Source: Candidatus Parcubacteria bacterium
Lineage (GTDB): Bacteria; Patescibacteriota; Minisyncoccia; Phycocordibacterales; UBA2100
Direction of reading: 5' to 3'
Assembly (NCBI GenBank): GCA_003599295.1
Contig: QZJK01000006.1
Coordinates: forward strand, 14,681 to 78,680
DNA length: 64,000 nucleotides
In this document: piece by piece, positions 8,014 to 17,989 of the stretch
How the letters are laid out: each line of letters starts with the position of its first letter
Numbering within the stretch: the first letter of the stretch is position 1
Translations under genes and position numbers: made by a program
Notes under the pieces: model-generated
The model's database searches: none
Told to the model about the DNA's origin: nothing
The model's input: the letters and a program-made list of their open reading frames with translations, nothing else

Positions 8014-8352
8014 ATGAAGGGAGAGGGAATGCATCATCTGCATCTGCGGAAACGCGTCTACAAAAAACTGGAGCCGTATCCGCATCCTGTAGCGTGGAAG
8101 CGCTATCTCGACTATTTAATGTATGTGGTTGCTATCGTTGCTCCTATCGCCCTTGTGCCCCAAGTCTGGAGCGTGTATGCGACAAAGAACGTTTCCGGTC
8201 TCGTTGTCGCGCCATGGATACTGCTCGGCGCCATGCACATACTATGGGCATTCTACGGAACGATACATCGCGAATTGCCGCTCGTGGTGACTTCAGTTCT
8301 CTTTGCCTGCATGAACTTCAGCCTCCTTATCGGCATTTTGCTCTTCAGATAA
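8014..8352 (+). CDS. SemiSWEET/PQ-loop membrane transporter
   Basis: Three TM helices, LVPQ motif, VSGL, W..YG. Confidence 0.75.
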   Translation: MKGEGMHHLHLRKRVYKKLEPYPHPVAWKRYLDYLMYVVAIVAPIALVPQVWSVYATKNVSGLVVAPWILLGAMHILWAFYGTIHRELPLVVTSVLFACMNFSLLIGILLFR

Positions 8353-8391
8353 GCACACTTTGACTGGGTACGAGAATGCTAGAATAACGAT

Positions 8392-9255
8392 ATGAAGGCG
8401 GCGTTCTATGTAGTACTCGTCCTTTTTCTTCTCCTCGGCGGTTTTTTCGCGCTAAATACTTATATATACGAGGAAAAGCAGGAGGAGGAAAATACCTTCG
8501 CGACATACCTCTGTTCGGACGGAAAGTCTCTCACGGCGCGGTTCGAAGAGGGCAATACAATCGTTTTCTTGGGCGATGATAGGGTATTGACGCTTGCGAA
8601 AATTGCGGCCGAATCCGGGGCTCGGTATGAAGATGCTACCGGCCAGGCTGTTCTCTCAACGACCGATACCAATGCGTCATTTGAAGAAGGCGGAACTGTC
8701 ACCTACGCCGACTGCGTATACGCTTCGGAGCGAGAAAGTTTCGAGCGGGGCGATGAGCTGTGGACGCGATACACGAACGAAAACATCGGTTTCTCGTTCG
8801 AGTATCGCGAAAGGCCGCAGGGGTATTTCTTGCAAGAGCCCCGTGGCACGGATGAGCATCCCGATTTCGTGAAAGCACTTGTTCTCACGAACAAGCAAGA
8901 GTACGAAGAACTCTTGCAGAGCACGAATGGACGCGAGGGTCCGCCTACTATCACAACCCTTATCTTCAATAATCCGGAGCGGCTTTCGCCAAGCGCGTGG
9001 GCCGACGCCAACCCGGGGTTAAGCAATATCGGGCTCATTCGCGGCGAAGTCGTTGAAACATCGGTAGCCGGCGCGCCGGCGATCCGCTACGCGGCCGACG
9101 GACTGTATCTCTCCGATAACGTCATCATCGCGAACGGCTCATACATCTACGCCATAACCGGCTTTTACCTCGAAGAAGACTCACGCATCCGTGAAGACTT
9201 CGAGCCGTTCTTACATTCTATTACGTTCATGGTGAAAGGAGAGCAAGAGCTTTGA
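8392..9255 (+). CDS. Exported protein with MliC-like and PsbP-like domains
   Basis: N-terminal TM, TYLCSDGK...SGARY (MliC-like), W..YTNENIGFSFEY second domain. Confidence 0.6.
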   Translation: MKAAFYVVLVLFLLLGGFFALNTYIYEEKQEEENTFATYLCSDGKSLTARFEEGNTIVFLGDDRVLTLAKIAAESGARYEDATGQAVLSTTDTNASFEEGGTVTYADCVYASERESFERGDELWTRYTNENIGFSFEYRERPQGYFLQEPRGTDEHPDFVKALVLTNKQEYEELLQSTNGREGPPTITTLIFNNPERLSPSAWADANPGLSNIGLIRGEVVETSVAGAPAIRYAADGLYLSDNVIIANGSYIYAITGFYLEEDSRIREDFEPFLHSITFMVKGEQEL

Positions 9256-9833
9256 GTACGCAGGAAACTAATGACATGAAAAGGGCGAAGCGGAACGGTT
9301 TTCTTCAGGACATCGGCATCATCGCATTAAGCGTCGTTGTATCCGTTCTTCTCGCGAAAACGGACGTCATCGTGAATCTTCTCGCGTCATCGGAGAAACT
9401 CGAGTATCTCGGGACGTTCGTTGCAGGGATGTTCTTTACTTCGATATTCACGACGGCCCCTGCTATCGCGACGCTCGGTGAACTTTCTCTTCTCCATGGG
9501 ATACTTCCGACGGCACTCGTCGGAGCCCTCGGCTCTGTTGCGGGAGACCTCCTCATCTTCCGCTTCATACGCGACCGATTCTCCGACCACATAACCGAGC
9601 TCTTGGGGCATAAGAAAGTGCTTCGCCGATTCCACACTCTTTTTAAGCGGCGAGTATTTTATTGGTTTACGTTCCTGTTAGGGGGCATAGTACTTGCATC
9701 GCCGCTTCCCGATGAACTCGGCATCAGTCTTTTAGGGCTCTCGAAGACTAAGATGATGTACTTTATAGCGATGTCTTATGTATTTAACGTGCTCGGCATA
9801 TTCGCCATCGGAATTATCGCCGCAAATCTCTAG
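9252..9833 (+). CDS. Integral membrane protein
   Basis: Several hydrophobic helices, ASPLPDELG motif; start uncertain. Confidence 0.7.
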   Translation: MSTQETNDMKRAKRNGFLQDIGIIALSVVVSVLLAKTDVIVNLLASSEKLEYLGTFVAGMFFTSIFTTAPAIATLGELSLLHGILPTALVGALGSVAGDLLIFRFIRDRFSDHITELLGHKKVLRRFHTLFKRRVFYWFTFLLGGIVLASPLPDELGISLLGLSKTKMMYFIAMSYVFNVLGIFAIGIIAANL

Positions 9834-9842
9834 CGTGTAGTA

Positions 9843-11444
9843 TCATCCCCATTCGATCGTCGCGGGCGGTTTGTCAGAAATTCGATAGGTGACAGCACCG
9901 ACCTCGCGCACCTCGTTCGTTATGCGGCGCGAGACTTTTTCGAGGAAATCATAGGGGAGGGTCGCAAAGCGGGCCGTAAAGCCATTAACGCTCCACACGG
10001 CCCATAGTGCAACGACATGTCCGAGTCCCGCATCGTCTCCTTTTGAGACGGTGTGTTCGGAGTGGGTGACCACGGCGCCTGCCTGCCAGACCGTCCTATA
10101 GAGATCGGCGGCGCGCAGTTCCTCGATGTAGATGCCATCCACGGCGCGTGCGGTTTTCAGTTTTTCAGCGGTCACCTCGCCTTCAATGCGAACGACAAGG
10201 CCAGGCCCGGGGAACGGATGGCGCAGGAGCAGGTCTTCAGGAACGCCGATGTCGGCGCCGATGCCGCGGGCGGAATCCTTCACCTGATCTTCAAGGGGCG
10301 TGAGTTCCGGCACGGAAAAGTCTATGCCGGTATTGTGGTGCACTTTTATTTCCGCGATGCGCGCGCCTGTCGCATGGCCCATGCCGCTTTCGCGGAGGTC
10401 GGTATAGAGCGTGCCCTGCACGATGAAATCCGCTCCGAATTCTCGGATCTTTTCCTCCAGTACGTCTTTGTAGACGCCGCGCATCGCGAGCCGCTTTTCC
10501 CGCATGGATGTTTTCCCGCGAAGCGAATCCAAAAAGAGCGCCGTCGCGTCGGCAATTTCCACCTCTATCCAGTCTTGCCCGCCGAAATACTTTTGCACGT
10601 ACGCCTCGTCGTCCGGACGGTCTATCCCGCGGATGTACACGCCTTTGATACCGCCTTTCACGCCTTCATGCGCTTTTTTGAGAAGATAGGCAACCACGGA
10701 TGAATCGGAACCGCCAGAAAGCGCGATGAGCACTTTTTTGCCGGCTATCTGCTTTTGTAACTCGGCAATTTTTTGTTCCGCGACGCTGTGGGCAGGGAAG
10801 CGGTCGGTTATGCCGCAGATCTTTACGCAGAAGTTTTCGTACATTTTCGCACCCTCTGCCGTGTCTGTGACTTCCGGATGGAACTGCACGCCCCATAGGT
10901 GCTTGTACCGCGCCGCGGCGATGGGCGTGTTGTCCGTCGAACCGAGTTCAATCATACCCTTGATGCTTCCCACAATGTCGCCGTGCGTTTCAAGAACAGG
11001 AGTTTTTTTGGAGACTCCTTCAAAGAAGGGGTCTTCGGCGGATATGTTCAAGGTATGTACGCCGAACTCGCGCTTTTCGGCGGTAGAAACGGGCGCACCG
11101 ATATGTTTCGCCCACATCTGGAAACCGAGGCACACGCCGAGGACCGGAATGCCAAGGTCGAAGATAGCGCCGTCAAAAGGTGGCGGCTCGTCAAAAACCG
11201 ACGCGGGACCGCCGGAAACGATAATGCCTGCCGGAGCGGCTTTTTTGACATCATCAGCGCTCACCGTCGAAGGATCCGCGACGACCGCATATACACCGAT
11301 CTTCGCGAGCCGCTGGACGATAAGGTGGTCGAACTGGCTCCCCATTGAAAAGAGGAGGATGAAGTGGGCGGTCTTCCGCACGCGCATTTCTTCCGCTATG
11401 TGTTCGAGTGCTTCCGGTGTTGCCTTTGTGAAGATACTAGGCAT
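9843..11444 (-). CDS. guaA: GMP synthase (glutamine-hydrolysing)
   Basis: GSQF, SGGP, GVCLGFQ, QFHPE, SGGSDS PP-loop, RHPFPGPGL, KPPATIEW. Confidence 0.96.
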   Translation of the reverse strand: MPSIFTKATPEALEHIAEEMRVRKTAHFILLFSMGSQFDHLIVQRLAKIGVYAVVADPSTVSADDVKKAAPAGIIVSGGPASVFDEPPPFDGAIFDLGIPVLGVCLGFQMWAKHIGAPVSTAEKREFGVHTLNISAEDPFFEGVSKKTPVLETHGDIVGSIKGMIELGSTDNTPIAAARYKHLWGVQFHPEVTDTAEGAKMYENFCVKICGITDRFPAHSVAEQKIAELQKQIAGKKVLIALSGGSDSSVVAYLLKKAHEGVKGGIKGVYIRGIDRPDDEAYVQKYFGGQDWIEVEIADATALFLDSLRGKTSMREKRLAMRGVYKDVLEEKIREFGADFIVQGTLYTDLRESGMGHATGARIAEIKVHHNTGIDFSVPELTPLEDQVKDSARGIGADIGVPEDLLLRHPFPGPGLVVRIEGEVTAEKLKTARAVDGIYIEELRAADLYRTVWQAGAVVTHSEHTVSKGDDAGLGHVVALWAVWSVNGFTARFATLPYDFLEKVSRRITNEVREVGAVTYRISDKPPATIEWG

Positions 11445-11516
11445 GTCGGGGTGATTTTAGCACAAAATTCTGCCGATTTCCCGCACTTCATCGAGAACTC
11501 ATATTTTGCACAATCG

Positions 11517-11580
11517 TGTGGATAACTGGGTTGCAGTCGTGTATAGTGGTATATACTCTATTGCAGTGGGATAGAGTGGT
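11517..11580 (+). promoter_or_regulatory. dcw promoter region: DnaA box plus MraZ-type boxes at 10-bp spacing
   Basis: TGTGGATAA at 11517-11525; CTGGG, GTCGT, GTGGT, GTGGG, GTGGT at 11526, 11536, 11546, 11566, 11576. Confidence 0.7.
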
Positions 11581-11584
11581 AAAT

Positions 11585-12028
11585 ATGGAACACCTGTTGA
11601 TCGGCGAGTACGAGCACACGCTGGACGAAAAGAAACGAATATCCTTGCCCAAAGCCTTTCGAACGGCGCTCGGGAAAAGGGTCATCGTGACGAGGGGCCT
11701 CGATAACTGCCTCTTCGTATTTTCTCGTGATTCGTGGGGAAAGATCGCGGAGAAATTACAATCTCTCTCGTTCGCGAACGTGGATACGCGCGGGTTCAAC
11801 AGATTCATGCTTTCCGGAGCGGCTGAAGTGGATATAGACGACGTCGGCCGCATTCTTATACCGGATCATCAGAAAGCGTTCGCAGGTCTGAAGAAACGGG
11901 TCGTCTTTACCGGCGTATCCGACCGGGTCGAGATATGGGACGCCGAAACGTGGTATCGCTACAAAGCCCGCATCGACAAGGATGCAGAACGGCTGGCGAA
12001 AAAGCTTGGAGAGATAGGAGCACTCTAA
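11585..12028 (+). CDS. mraZ: Transcriptional regulator MraZ
   Basis: GEYEHTLDEKKRISLP, DDVGRILIP, DRVEIWD. Confidence 0.95.
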   Translation: MEHLLIGEYEHTLDEKKRISLPKAFRTALGKRVIVTRGLDNCLFVFSRDSWGKIAEKLQSLSFANVDTRGFNRFMLSGAAEVDIDDVGRILIPDHQKAFAGLKKRVVFTGVSDRVEIWDAETWYRYKARIDKDAERLAKKLGEIGAL

Positions 12029-12071
12029 ACACCTGGTGGCACGGGGTAGCTGGAAGAATTGCATACACGTC

Positions 12072-13022
12072 ATGCGCACGCGACGCTCACAATCTTCCAG
12101 CGACCCGGTGTCGTCAAAGCCGCTTTCCGGCGGAGGACACCGAAGCGTTCTTTTACACGAAGCTGTCGAGAGTCTTTCGATAGCGCCGAACGACATAGTA
12201 GTGGATGCGACATTGGGAGGCGGAGGCCATGCCAAACGCATTGCGGAGAAATTAGGGAAAGAGGGGATATTCATCGGATTCGACCTGGACGGGTCCGCGA
12301 TAGAACGGTCGCGGGAAGCACTTGCGGGAACGCTTCCGAGAACGCACTTTTTCCAAGACAATTTTCGAAATCTTTCCGCAAAACTGCAGGAGGCAGGCAT
12401 ACCGCACATAACGAAAGCCCTTTTCGACCTTGGGTGGAGTTCTTACCAACTCGACTCCGGAAGAGGATTTTCGTTCCTAAAGGATGAGCCCCTTCTCATG
12501 ACGTATGCGACGGAGATAATCTCTCAAACGCTCACGGCGGAGAAAATCGTGAACGAGTGGGAAGAAGGGAATGTCGCCGACGTGTTGTGGGGCTGGGGAG
12601 AGGAGCGCTACTCGAGAAGGATCGCGCGCGCGATAGCCGAAGCGAGAGCGCGAAAGCCTATCAAGACCTCGCGGGAACTTGCGGAAATAATCGCAAACGC
12701 CGTACCGCGCGCATATCGTCATGGGCGGATACACCCGGCAACGCGCACGTTCCAGGCGCTTCGGATAGCGGTCAATGACGAATTGGGCGCGCTCGCGGAA
12801 GGTCTGCGGGGTGCGTGGGAGAAGCTTTCTCCCGGCGGGAAGCTCGCGGTCATTACGTTCCACAGCATCGAGGACCGCATCGTCAAACAGACATTTGCCG
12901 CGTGGGAGAAGGAAGGGGTCGGACTTCGCATGACGAAAAAACCGATGTCCCCAAGCCCGGAAGAGATACGAGAAAATCCCCGCTCGCGCAGTGCAAAACT
13001 TCGTGTCATCGAAAAAGTTTGA
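12072..13022 (+). CDS. rsmH: 16S rRNA m4C1402 methyltransferase
   Basis: HRSVLL, DATLGGGGH, DLGWSS, HPATRTFQALRIAVN, FHSIEDR, NPRSRSAKLR; start uncertain. Confidence 0.96.
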   Translation: MRTRRSQSSSDPVSSKPLSGGGHRSVLLHEAVESLSIAPNDIVVDATLGGGGHAKRIAEKLGKEGIFIGFDLDGSAIERSREALAGTLPRTHFFQDNFRNLSAKLQEAGIPHITKALFDLGWSSYQLDSGRGFSFLKDEPLLMTYATEIISQTLTAEKIVNEWEEGNVADVLWGWGEERYSRRIARAIAEARARKPIKTSRELAEIIANAVPRAYRHGRIHPATRTFQALRIAVNDELGALAEGLRGAWEKLSPGGKLAVITFHSIEDRIVKQTFAAWEKEGVGLRMTKKPMSPSPEEIRENPRSRSAKLRVIEKV

Positions 13023-13047
13023 AATTTGAAAATCAAAAATTCTCACC

Positions 13048-13449
13048 ATGGGTACGCGTATACATAAAATAAGCAGATACAAACCCTCGATATTCCAGGG
13101 TTCTTTGCGCCTTTCTACGGAACGCGGCGGCTTTTCGCTCACCGTCGAGCATCCGGCGGAGCGCGTCCTTTTTAAGACGCTTATCGCGGCACTGGCATTG
13201 CTGACGGTCGGATATGTCTATTTCGTAAGCGCCTCCGTCCTGAACGTTATCGCGAGGAAAGACGCGGTCCGTGAGACAGCATCACTCGAAAGTAAAGTCT
13301 CGCTTCTCGAACGCGATTATTATGCCGCAACAGCCGCTCTCACTCCTTCATCCGGAGAGCGCCTCGGGCTTTCGCCGGTGTCGAACACGCGCTATGTGCA
13401 CCGCCCCGGAGTCGTGGGCGTCGCGGAGACACCGTTAAATGAGATCTAA
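13048..13449 (+). CDS. ftsL: FtsL-like cell division protein
   Basis: Single TM plus coiled coil, located between rsmH and the PBP gene. Confidence 0.6.
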   Translation: MGTRIHKISRYKPSIFQGSLRLSTERGGFSLTVEHPAERVLFKTLIAALALLTVGYVYFVSASVLNVIARKDAVRETASLESKVSLLERDYYAATAALTPSSGERLGLSPVSNTRYVHRPGVVGVAETPLNEI

Positions 13450-15154
13450 GTTCGTACTGCGTGCGCGGCTCCTTTCCGGAGTCTTGATACTCATTGCCAT
13501 ATTTTTGGGCGCGCGCCTCTACTTTGTTCAGATAGTGAACGGCGAAGAATATCGCGAGAGCGCCAAGGGTCAGTACGTGGTCGAAACCGACCAAAGCATC
13601 ATCGATCGCGGCAATATCTTCTTCACGAAAAAGGACGGCACGCAGGATGGTGCGGCGGTCATGCAATCGGGATGGCGGGTCGCCATTTCTCCCAAGGACA
13701 TAAAAGATGCAAATGAGGTCTTTGCGGCAATAGCTGCGGAGACCGAACTGGACAGCGAGCGCTTCTTCGCGAGCACGGCGAAGGAAGAAGACCCCTATGA
13801 AGAGGTTGCGTTCCGTATTTCCGACGAAGCGGCCACCGCCATTCGCGCAAAGAAATTGCCCGGTGTGATACTCGTGAGAGATCAGTGGCGCTACTATCCG
13901 GCAGGGGAACTTGCCGCGCACGCGCTCGGTTTCGTCGGTTTCCAAGGCGACAAACGCGTCGGCGTCTACGGGCTCGAGCGGTTCTGGGAGGCGACGCTTT
14001 CGCGCACATCATCAGGACTCTATGTGAATCCGTTCGCGGAGATCTTTATGAATCTTGAAGAAGCTCTGACAGCTGATCCTGTCTCGCGAGAGGGAAGCAT
14101 TATTACGACCATAGAACCATCCGTCGAAACTCGCCTCGAAGAAACGCTGGAAGACGTGATGGAAACTTACTCGCCGAAATTGGTCGGCGGCATCATCATG
14201 GATCCGAAGACGGGTGCGATACGGGCGCTTGGGTTGCGTCCCGCATTCGATCCTAACACCTACAACACCATAGAGAATCCGGCGGTCTTCACGAATCTTC
14301 TCGTCGAAGGCAGGTACGAAATGGGATCCATTATGAAGCCTTTGACCATTGCGGCCGCGATAGATGCGGGTGCCGTGACGCCCGAAACTACATACATGGA
14401 CAGGGGATGCATTGAGAAAAGCGGGAAGACCATTTGCAACTACGACAAAAAAGCGCGCAACAGGGTCTCGATGCAGGAAGTATTGAATCAGTCGCTGAAC
14501 CTCGGCGTTTCGTACGCAGTCGACCAAATGGGGCATGAAGTGTTCGGGCAATACATTCACGCGTACGGTCTTGGCGACAAGACGGGCATCGAACTCCCAA
14601 ATGAGGCGGCGGGGAATATCCGCGCGATAGATAACGGGTACGACGTTGATTACGCCTCTGCGGGATTTGGACAAGGCATTGCTGTTTCGGCTGTCGGCAT
14701 GACGCGCGCGCTCGCAACGCTTGCGAACGAAGGCGTGCTCCCGAATCCGCATATCGTATCGGGTATTCGCATGAAAAGCGGCATTAGCCGCTCGGTCGAA
14801 CCGGAGGCCGGCACGCAGGTGTTAAAGCCGGAGACCGCGCAGACAGTTTCGACGATGCTCGTGAAAGTGTTCGATGACGCGCTTCTCGGTGGCATTCTGA
14901 AGCAGGAACACTATTCGATTGCGGCGAAAACCGGAACCGCGCAGGTCGCCGTTCCGAACGGAAGCGGCTACTATCCCGATCGCTACCTTCACTCGTTCTT
15001 CGGGTATTTTCCGGCGCACGACCCGCAGTTCATCGTCTTTCTGTTCGCCATCGAGCCGAAGGGAGTTGAATTCGCTTCCGCATCGCTCGCGCGGCCATTC
15101 CTCGAAGTCGCGAAGTATTTGATAAATTATTACGATATCCCACCAGACAGATGA
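13439..15154 (+). CDS. ftsI: Class B penicillin-binding protein (FtsI-like)
   Basis: RGNI, RYYP, GLE, SIMK (SxxK), SLN (SxN), KTGT; dcw position. Confidence 0.9.
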   Translation: MRSKFVLRARLLSGVLILIAIFLGARLYFVQIVNGEEYRESAKGQYVVETDQSIIDRGNIFFTKKDGTQDGAAVMQSGWRVAISPKDIKDANEVFAAIAAETELDSERFFASTAKEEDPYEEVAFRISDEAATAIRAKKLPGVILVRDQWRYYPAGELAAHALGFVGFQGDKRVGVYGLERFWEATLSRTSSGLYVNPFAEIFMNLEEALTADPVSREGSIITTIEPSVETRLEETLEDVMETYSPKLVGGIIMDPKTGAIRALGLRPAFDPNTYNTIENPAVFTNLLVEGRYEMGSIMKPLTIAAAIDAGAVTPETTYMDRGCIEKSGKTICNYDKKARNRVSMQEVLNQSLNLGVSYAVDQMGHEVFGQYIHAYGLGDKTGIELPNEAAGNIRAIDNGYDVDYASAGFGQGIAVSAVGMTRALATLANEGVLPNPHIVSGIRMKSGISRSVEPEAGTQVLKPETAQTVSTMLVKVFDDALLGGILKQEHYSIAAKTGTAQVAVPNGSGYYPDRYLHSFFGYFPAHDPQFIVFLFAIEPKGVEFASASLARPFLEVAKYLINYYDIPPDR

Positions 15155-15390
15155 TTGAAAATCGCACTGGCGATTTTCAATCATCTTTTGAGGTCACGCA
15201 TATTCACCTGCTGGCAAATTGCGCGACCCCGCCTCGGCCGCCTACGCGGCCTCCGGCCTTGCGGAGCAGCGCTTCGCTCGCTCCTCACCCTCGGTTTTCA
15301 ACACTTCGTTGCTTTCCGACACGGGAAACTCTCGTTTCCCGACCCCTTCCCACTTCGTGCCAACCGACTGGGTCTTTTGGCACGAAGGGT
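15149..15390 (-). repeat. 17-bp hairpin over the ftsI stop plus structured repeat copy B
   Basis: AGATGATTGAAAATCGC/GCGATTTTCAATCATCT; minus strand carries GGAAGGGGTCGGGAAAC..GTTTCCCG..GAAAACCGAGGGT matching the copy at 15885. Confidence 0.65.
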
Positions 15391-15434
15391 AAGTCAATAA
15401 TGAAGGGTCGGAATAATGGTATTCTGGAATACGT

Positions 15435-15764
15435 ATGATAGAACGTCCAAGAAAGCAGTCTCCAGTAAGTGAACGCGTTAAAGAAGTCGAAGAAAAGCGT
15501 ACAGAGCGTTTGAATACGATTTTTGATAAGCGCGTGCAATTCAAAAAAGAAGCAAAGCTTCGTCAGGAAAAGATCGCCGAGCTCAAGATAGCTGAAGGTT
15601 CAGCCGTACTAGTTCATACACTCGAAGGTTTGAAAGAGGGAATTGTAGACAGCTTTGATGAATTTGGCCGAGTCTGGGTGCGTTTCAAGGATTTAGCACG
15701 GCCGCACGGGAACCACAAACAAACGAACCTCTGCGATCCGTTTGATATAGAGCCAAAAAGCTGA
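15435..15764 (+). CDS. Hypothetical protein (coiled coil plus small SH3/Tudor-like beta domain)
   Basis: Charged N-terminal helix, then GSAVLV..EGIVDSFDEFGRVWVRF. Confidence 0.6.
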   Translation: MIERPRKQSPVSERVKEVEEKRTERLNTIFDKRVQFKKEAKLRQEKIAELKIAEGSAVLVHTLEGLKEGIVDSFDEFGRVWVRFKDLARPHGNHKQTNLCDPFDIEPKS

Positions 15765-15779
15765 TACTTTTGTACACGC

Positions 15780-15851
15780 GGCCCTATCGTCTATCGGCTA
15801 GGACACATCCTTCTCAAGGATGGAAGCGGGGTTCGATTCCCCGTAGGGTCA
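15780..15851 (+). tRNA. tRNA-Glu(CTC)
   Basis: Acceptor GGCCCTA/TAGGGTC, anticodon arm CATCC-TTCTCAA-GGATG. Confidence 0.95.
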
Positions 15852-16020
15852 TGACGAACATAGTGAGGAATGACCCTACGGATAGGAAGGGGTCGGGAAA
15901 CCTGCATGGTTTCCTGCGGAGGAAGGCAGTGAGTCTAGCGAGCGTTGGAAAACCGTGGGTTTCCAAAGCCGTATGGGTCACAAATTAGAACTTAGGCAGG
16001 TGTGATGGAAAAATCGACCT
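15852..16020 (+). repeat. tRNA-downstream structured repeat, copy C
   Basis: ACGAACATAGTGAG; TGACCCTACGG complementary to the tRNA 3' end; GGAAGGGGTCGGGAAAC (15885-15901); GGAAAACCGTGGGTTTCC. Confidence 0.7.
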
Positions 16021-16039
16021 AAGCCGAGCCCTAACCTCG

Positions 16040-16438
16040 TCAAAAATGGATGTTGGGGTGCGTAGAAATCAATTTTTGTAGCGAATCAGCATCTCCGACA
16101 ATTCTTAACGCCTCTGCGAATAATCGCTGATCGTCCATTTGGTCAAGATGGTAGTGGGCGTCCACGGACTTAGGATCAGTTCGCAATATTCCATATAAAG
16201 CGACTCTTTTGTCGACGCTGCCCGTTTCGTTATGCAGCGCAATGCCGGCAGTTCTTGCAATAAGTCCGGCTTGTAATATCGATACCGTGTCTGGTGCAGC
16301 CGCGCCCTCAGCCCTTAGAAGAATTTTTCCGTATCCCTCTTCATCGATAATGCCACCCAGTTCTTGATAGCGTTGATAACCTTCAGCTTTTTTGGGCGCT
16401 TCAGGCACGGCGTTCTTTTTTCCAGGATCTTCGAGCAT
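16040..16438 (-). CDS. Hypothetical protein
   Basis: 132-aa ORF with no competing gene; YQELGGIIDE motif. Confidence 0.65.
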   Translation of the reverse strand: MLEDPGKKNAVPEAPKKAEGYQRYQELGGIIDEEGYGKILLRAEGAAAPDTVSILQAGLIARTAGIALHNETGSVDKRVALYGILRTDPKSVDAHYHLDQMDDQRLFAEALRIVGDADSLQKLISTHPNIHF

Positions 16439-16575
16439 GCTTCTATCGTATTCTGCTGGTGGTGAAAAGCAAACACGTACGGAAATACAACAAAAATTGG
16501 CGAGACTGACTGAAGCGGGAACTAGATCATCGGTTTTGAGTTCTTTATCTTAAGGTCACCTGATACAATGTTTTT

Positions 16576-17016
16576 ATGCGCTATCTGCACACGATGGTCC
16601 GTATCAATAATGTCGAGGAGTCGCTCGGGTTCTATTGTGGCCTCTTAGGAATGAAAGAGGTCCGCCGCTACGACAGCGAGAAAGGCCGCTTCACGAATAT
16701 TTTCCTCGCGGCGCCTCTCGATGAGGGCATCGCGAAAGAAACGAAGGCGCCCGTTCTTGAACTCACCTACAATTGGGATCCGGAGAAATATACCGGCGGG
16801 CGGAACTTCGGGCACCTCGCATACGAAGTCGAGAATATTTACGACACCTGCGCGCGGCTTCAAAAAGAAGGAGTGGTCATCAATCGTCCGCCGCGCGACG
16901 GCAAAATGGCGTTCATACGATCTCCCGACGGCATTTCCATTGAATTTTTACAGAAAGGCGAACCGCTTCCTCCCGCTGAGCCGTGGACTTCGATGCAAAG
17001 CACCGGCACCTGGTAG
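16576..17016 (+). CDS. gloA: Lactoylglutathione lyase (glyoxalase I, VOC family)
   Basis: LHTMVR, LELTYNWD, GRNFGHLA, AFIRSPDGISIE. Confidence 0.9.
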   Translation: MRYLHTMVRINNVEESLGFYCGLLGMKEVRRYDSEKGRFTNIFLAAPLDEGIAKETKAPVLELTYNWDPEKYTGGRNFGHLAYEVENIYDTCARLQKEGVVINRPPRDGKMAFIRSPDGISIEFLQKGEPLPPAEPWTSMQSTGTW

Positions 17017-17035
17017 GTTGAGATATACTCTCTGC

Positions 17036-17974
17036 ATGTCCCACGTCCTCGTCTCCGGTTCCATCGCGTATGACCGCATCATGGATTTTCCCGGGCACTT
17101 CCGCGACCATTTTCTGGCGCACAAACTGCACACCATCAACGTGAGTTTTGCCGTTGACGGGGTCGAAGAGAATTTCGGCGGCACGGCAGGCAACATCGCA
17201 TACAATCTCGCACTCTTGGGGCACGACCCTCGCATCATCTCGACAGCGGGTTCGGATTTTTCGGCATACAGAAAATATTTTGAGGGGGAAGGAATTGCGA
17301 CAGATACCGTGCATATAGACACAAGCGAGCTCACGTCTTCGGCATACATCATTACCGACAAGGCGGACAATCAGATAGCGGCGTTCTCTTTCGGCGCCGG
17401 CAAGCGGGCGTATGGGGAGCCGGGTCTCACCGAGGGAATAGCGTGTGCCATCGTCGGGGCGGGAAATACCGAGGACATGCGCCGACTGCCCGCGTTCTAC
17501 CGCGAGCGGAAGATTCCATACTTTTACGACCCAGCCCAGCAAATACCGATTCTTTCGGGCGACGATTTGCGCGCCGGTATCGAAGGCGCCGCGGGTTTGT
17601 TCGGCAATGACTATGAGATCGAGCTCATGACGCAAAAGACAGAGTGGAGCGAAAAAGAGCTCTCTGCCCGCGTGCCGTTCGTCGTAGTGACGCTTGGTGC
17701 GGGCGGGACGCGCATCATGACAAAAGAATCCACCGAGAAAGTAAAGGCGGTCCATGTGCCGAATGTCGTCGACCCGACAGGCGCAGGCGACGCATATCGC
17801 GCGGGCTTCCTCGCGGGCCACCTCGGAGGGCTGCCGCCGCGTGTCTCGGCACAGATCGGAAGCACGGCGGCGGTCTATGCCATTGAACAGAGTGGCACGC
17901 AAAATCATCGGTTCACGATGCAAGAGTTCGCAGGGCGATACGAGGAGGCATACGGCGAGAAATTTCCGTTATAG
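17036..17974 (+). CDS. PfkB-family nucleoside (adenosine) kinase
   Basis: SGSIAYD, FGGTAGNIAY, NQI, DPTGAGDAYRAG; adjacent to ahcY. Confidence 0.85.
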   Translation: MSHVLVSGSIAYDRIMDFPGHFRDHFLAHKLHTINVSFAVDGVEENFGGTAGNIAYNLALLGHDPRIISTAGSDFSAYRKYFEGEGIATDTVHIDTSELTSSAYIITDKADNQIAAFSFGAGKRAYGEPGLTEGIACAIVGAGNTEDMRRLPAFYRERKIPYFYDPAQQIPILSGDDLRAGIEGAAGLFGNDYEIELMTQKTEWSEKELSARVPFVVVTLGAGGTRIMTKESTEKVKAVHVPNVVDPTGAGDAYRAGFLAGHLGGLPPRVSAQIGSTAAVYAIEQSGTQNHRFTMQEFAGRYEEAYGEKFPL

Positions 17975-17989
17975 TATACTCACACATTC

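Noticed and set aside
15334-15901. 17-bp inverted repeat as transposon ends around ORF 15435 and tRNA-Glu
   Set aside because: Better explained as two oppositely oriented copies of the dispersed structured repeat; no transposase or duplication.
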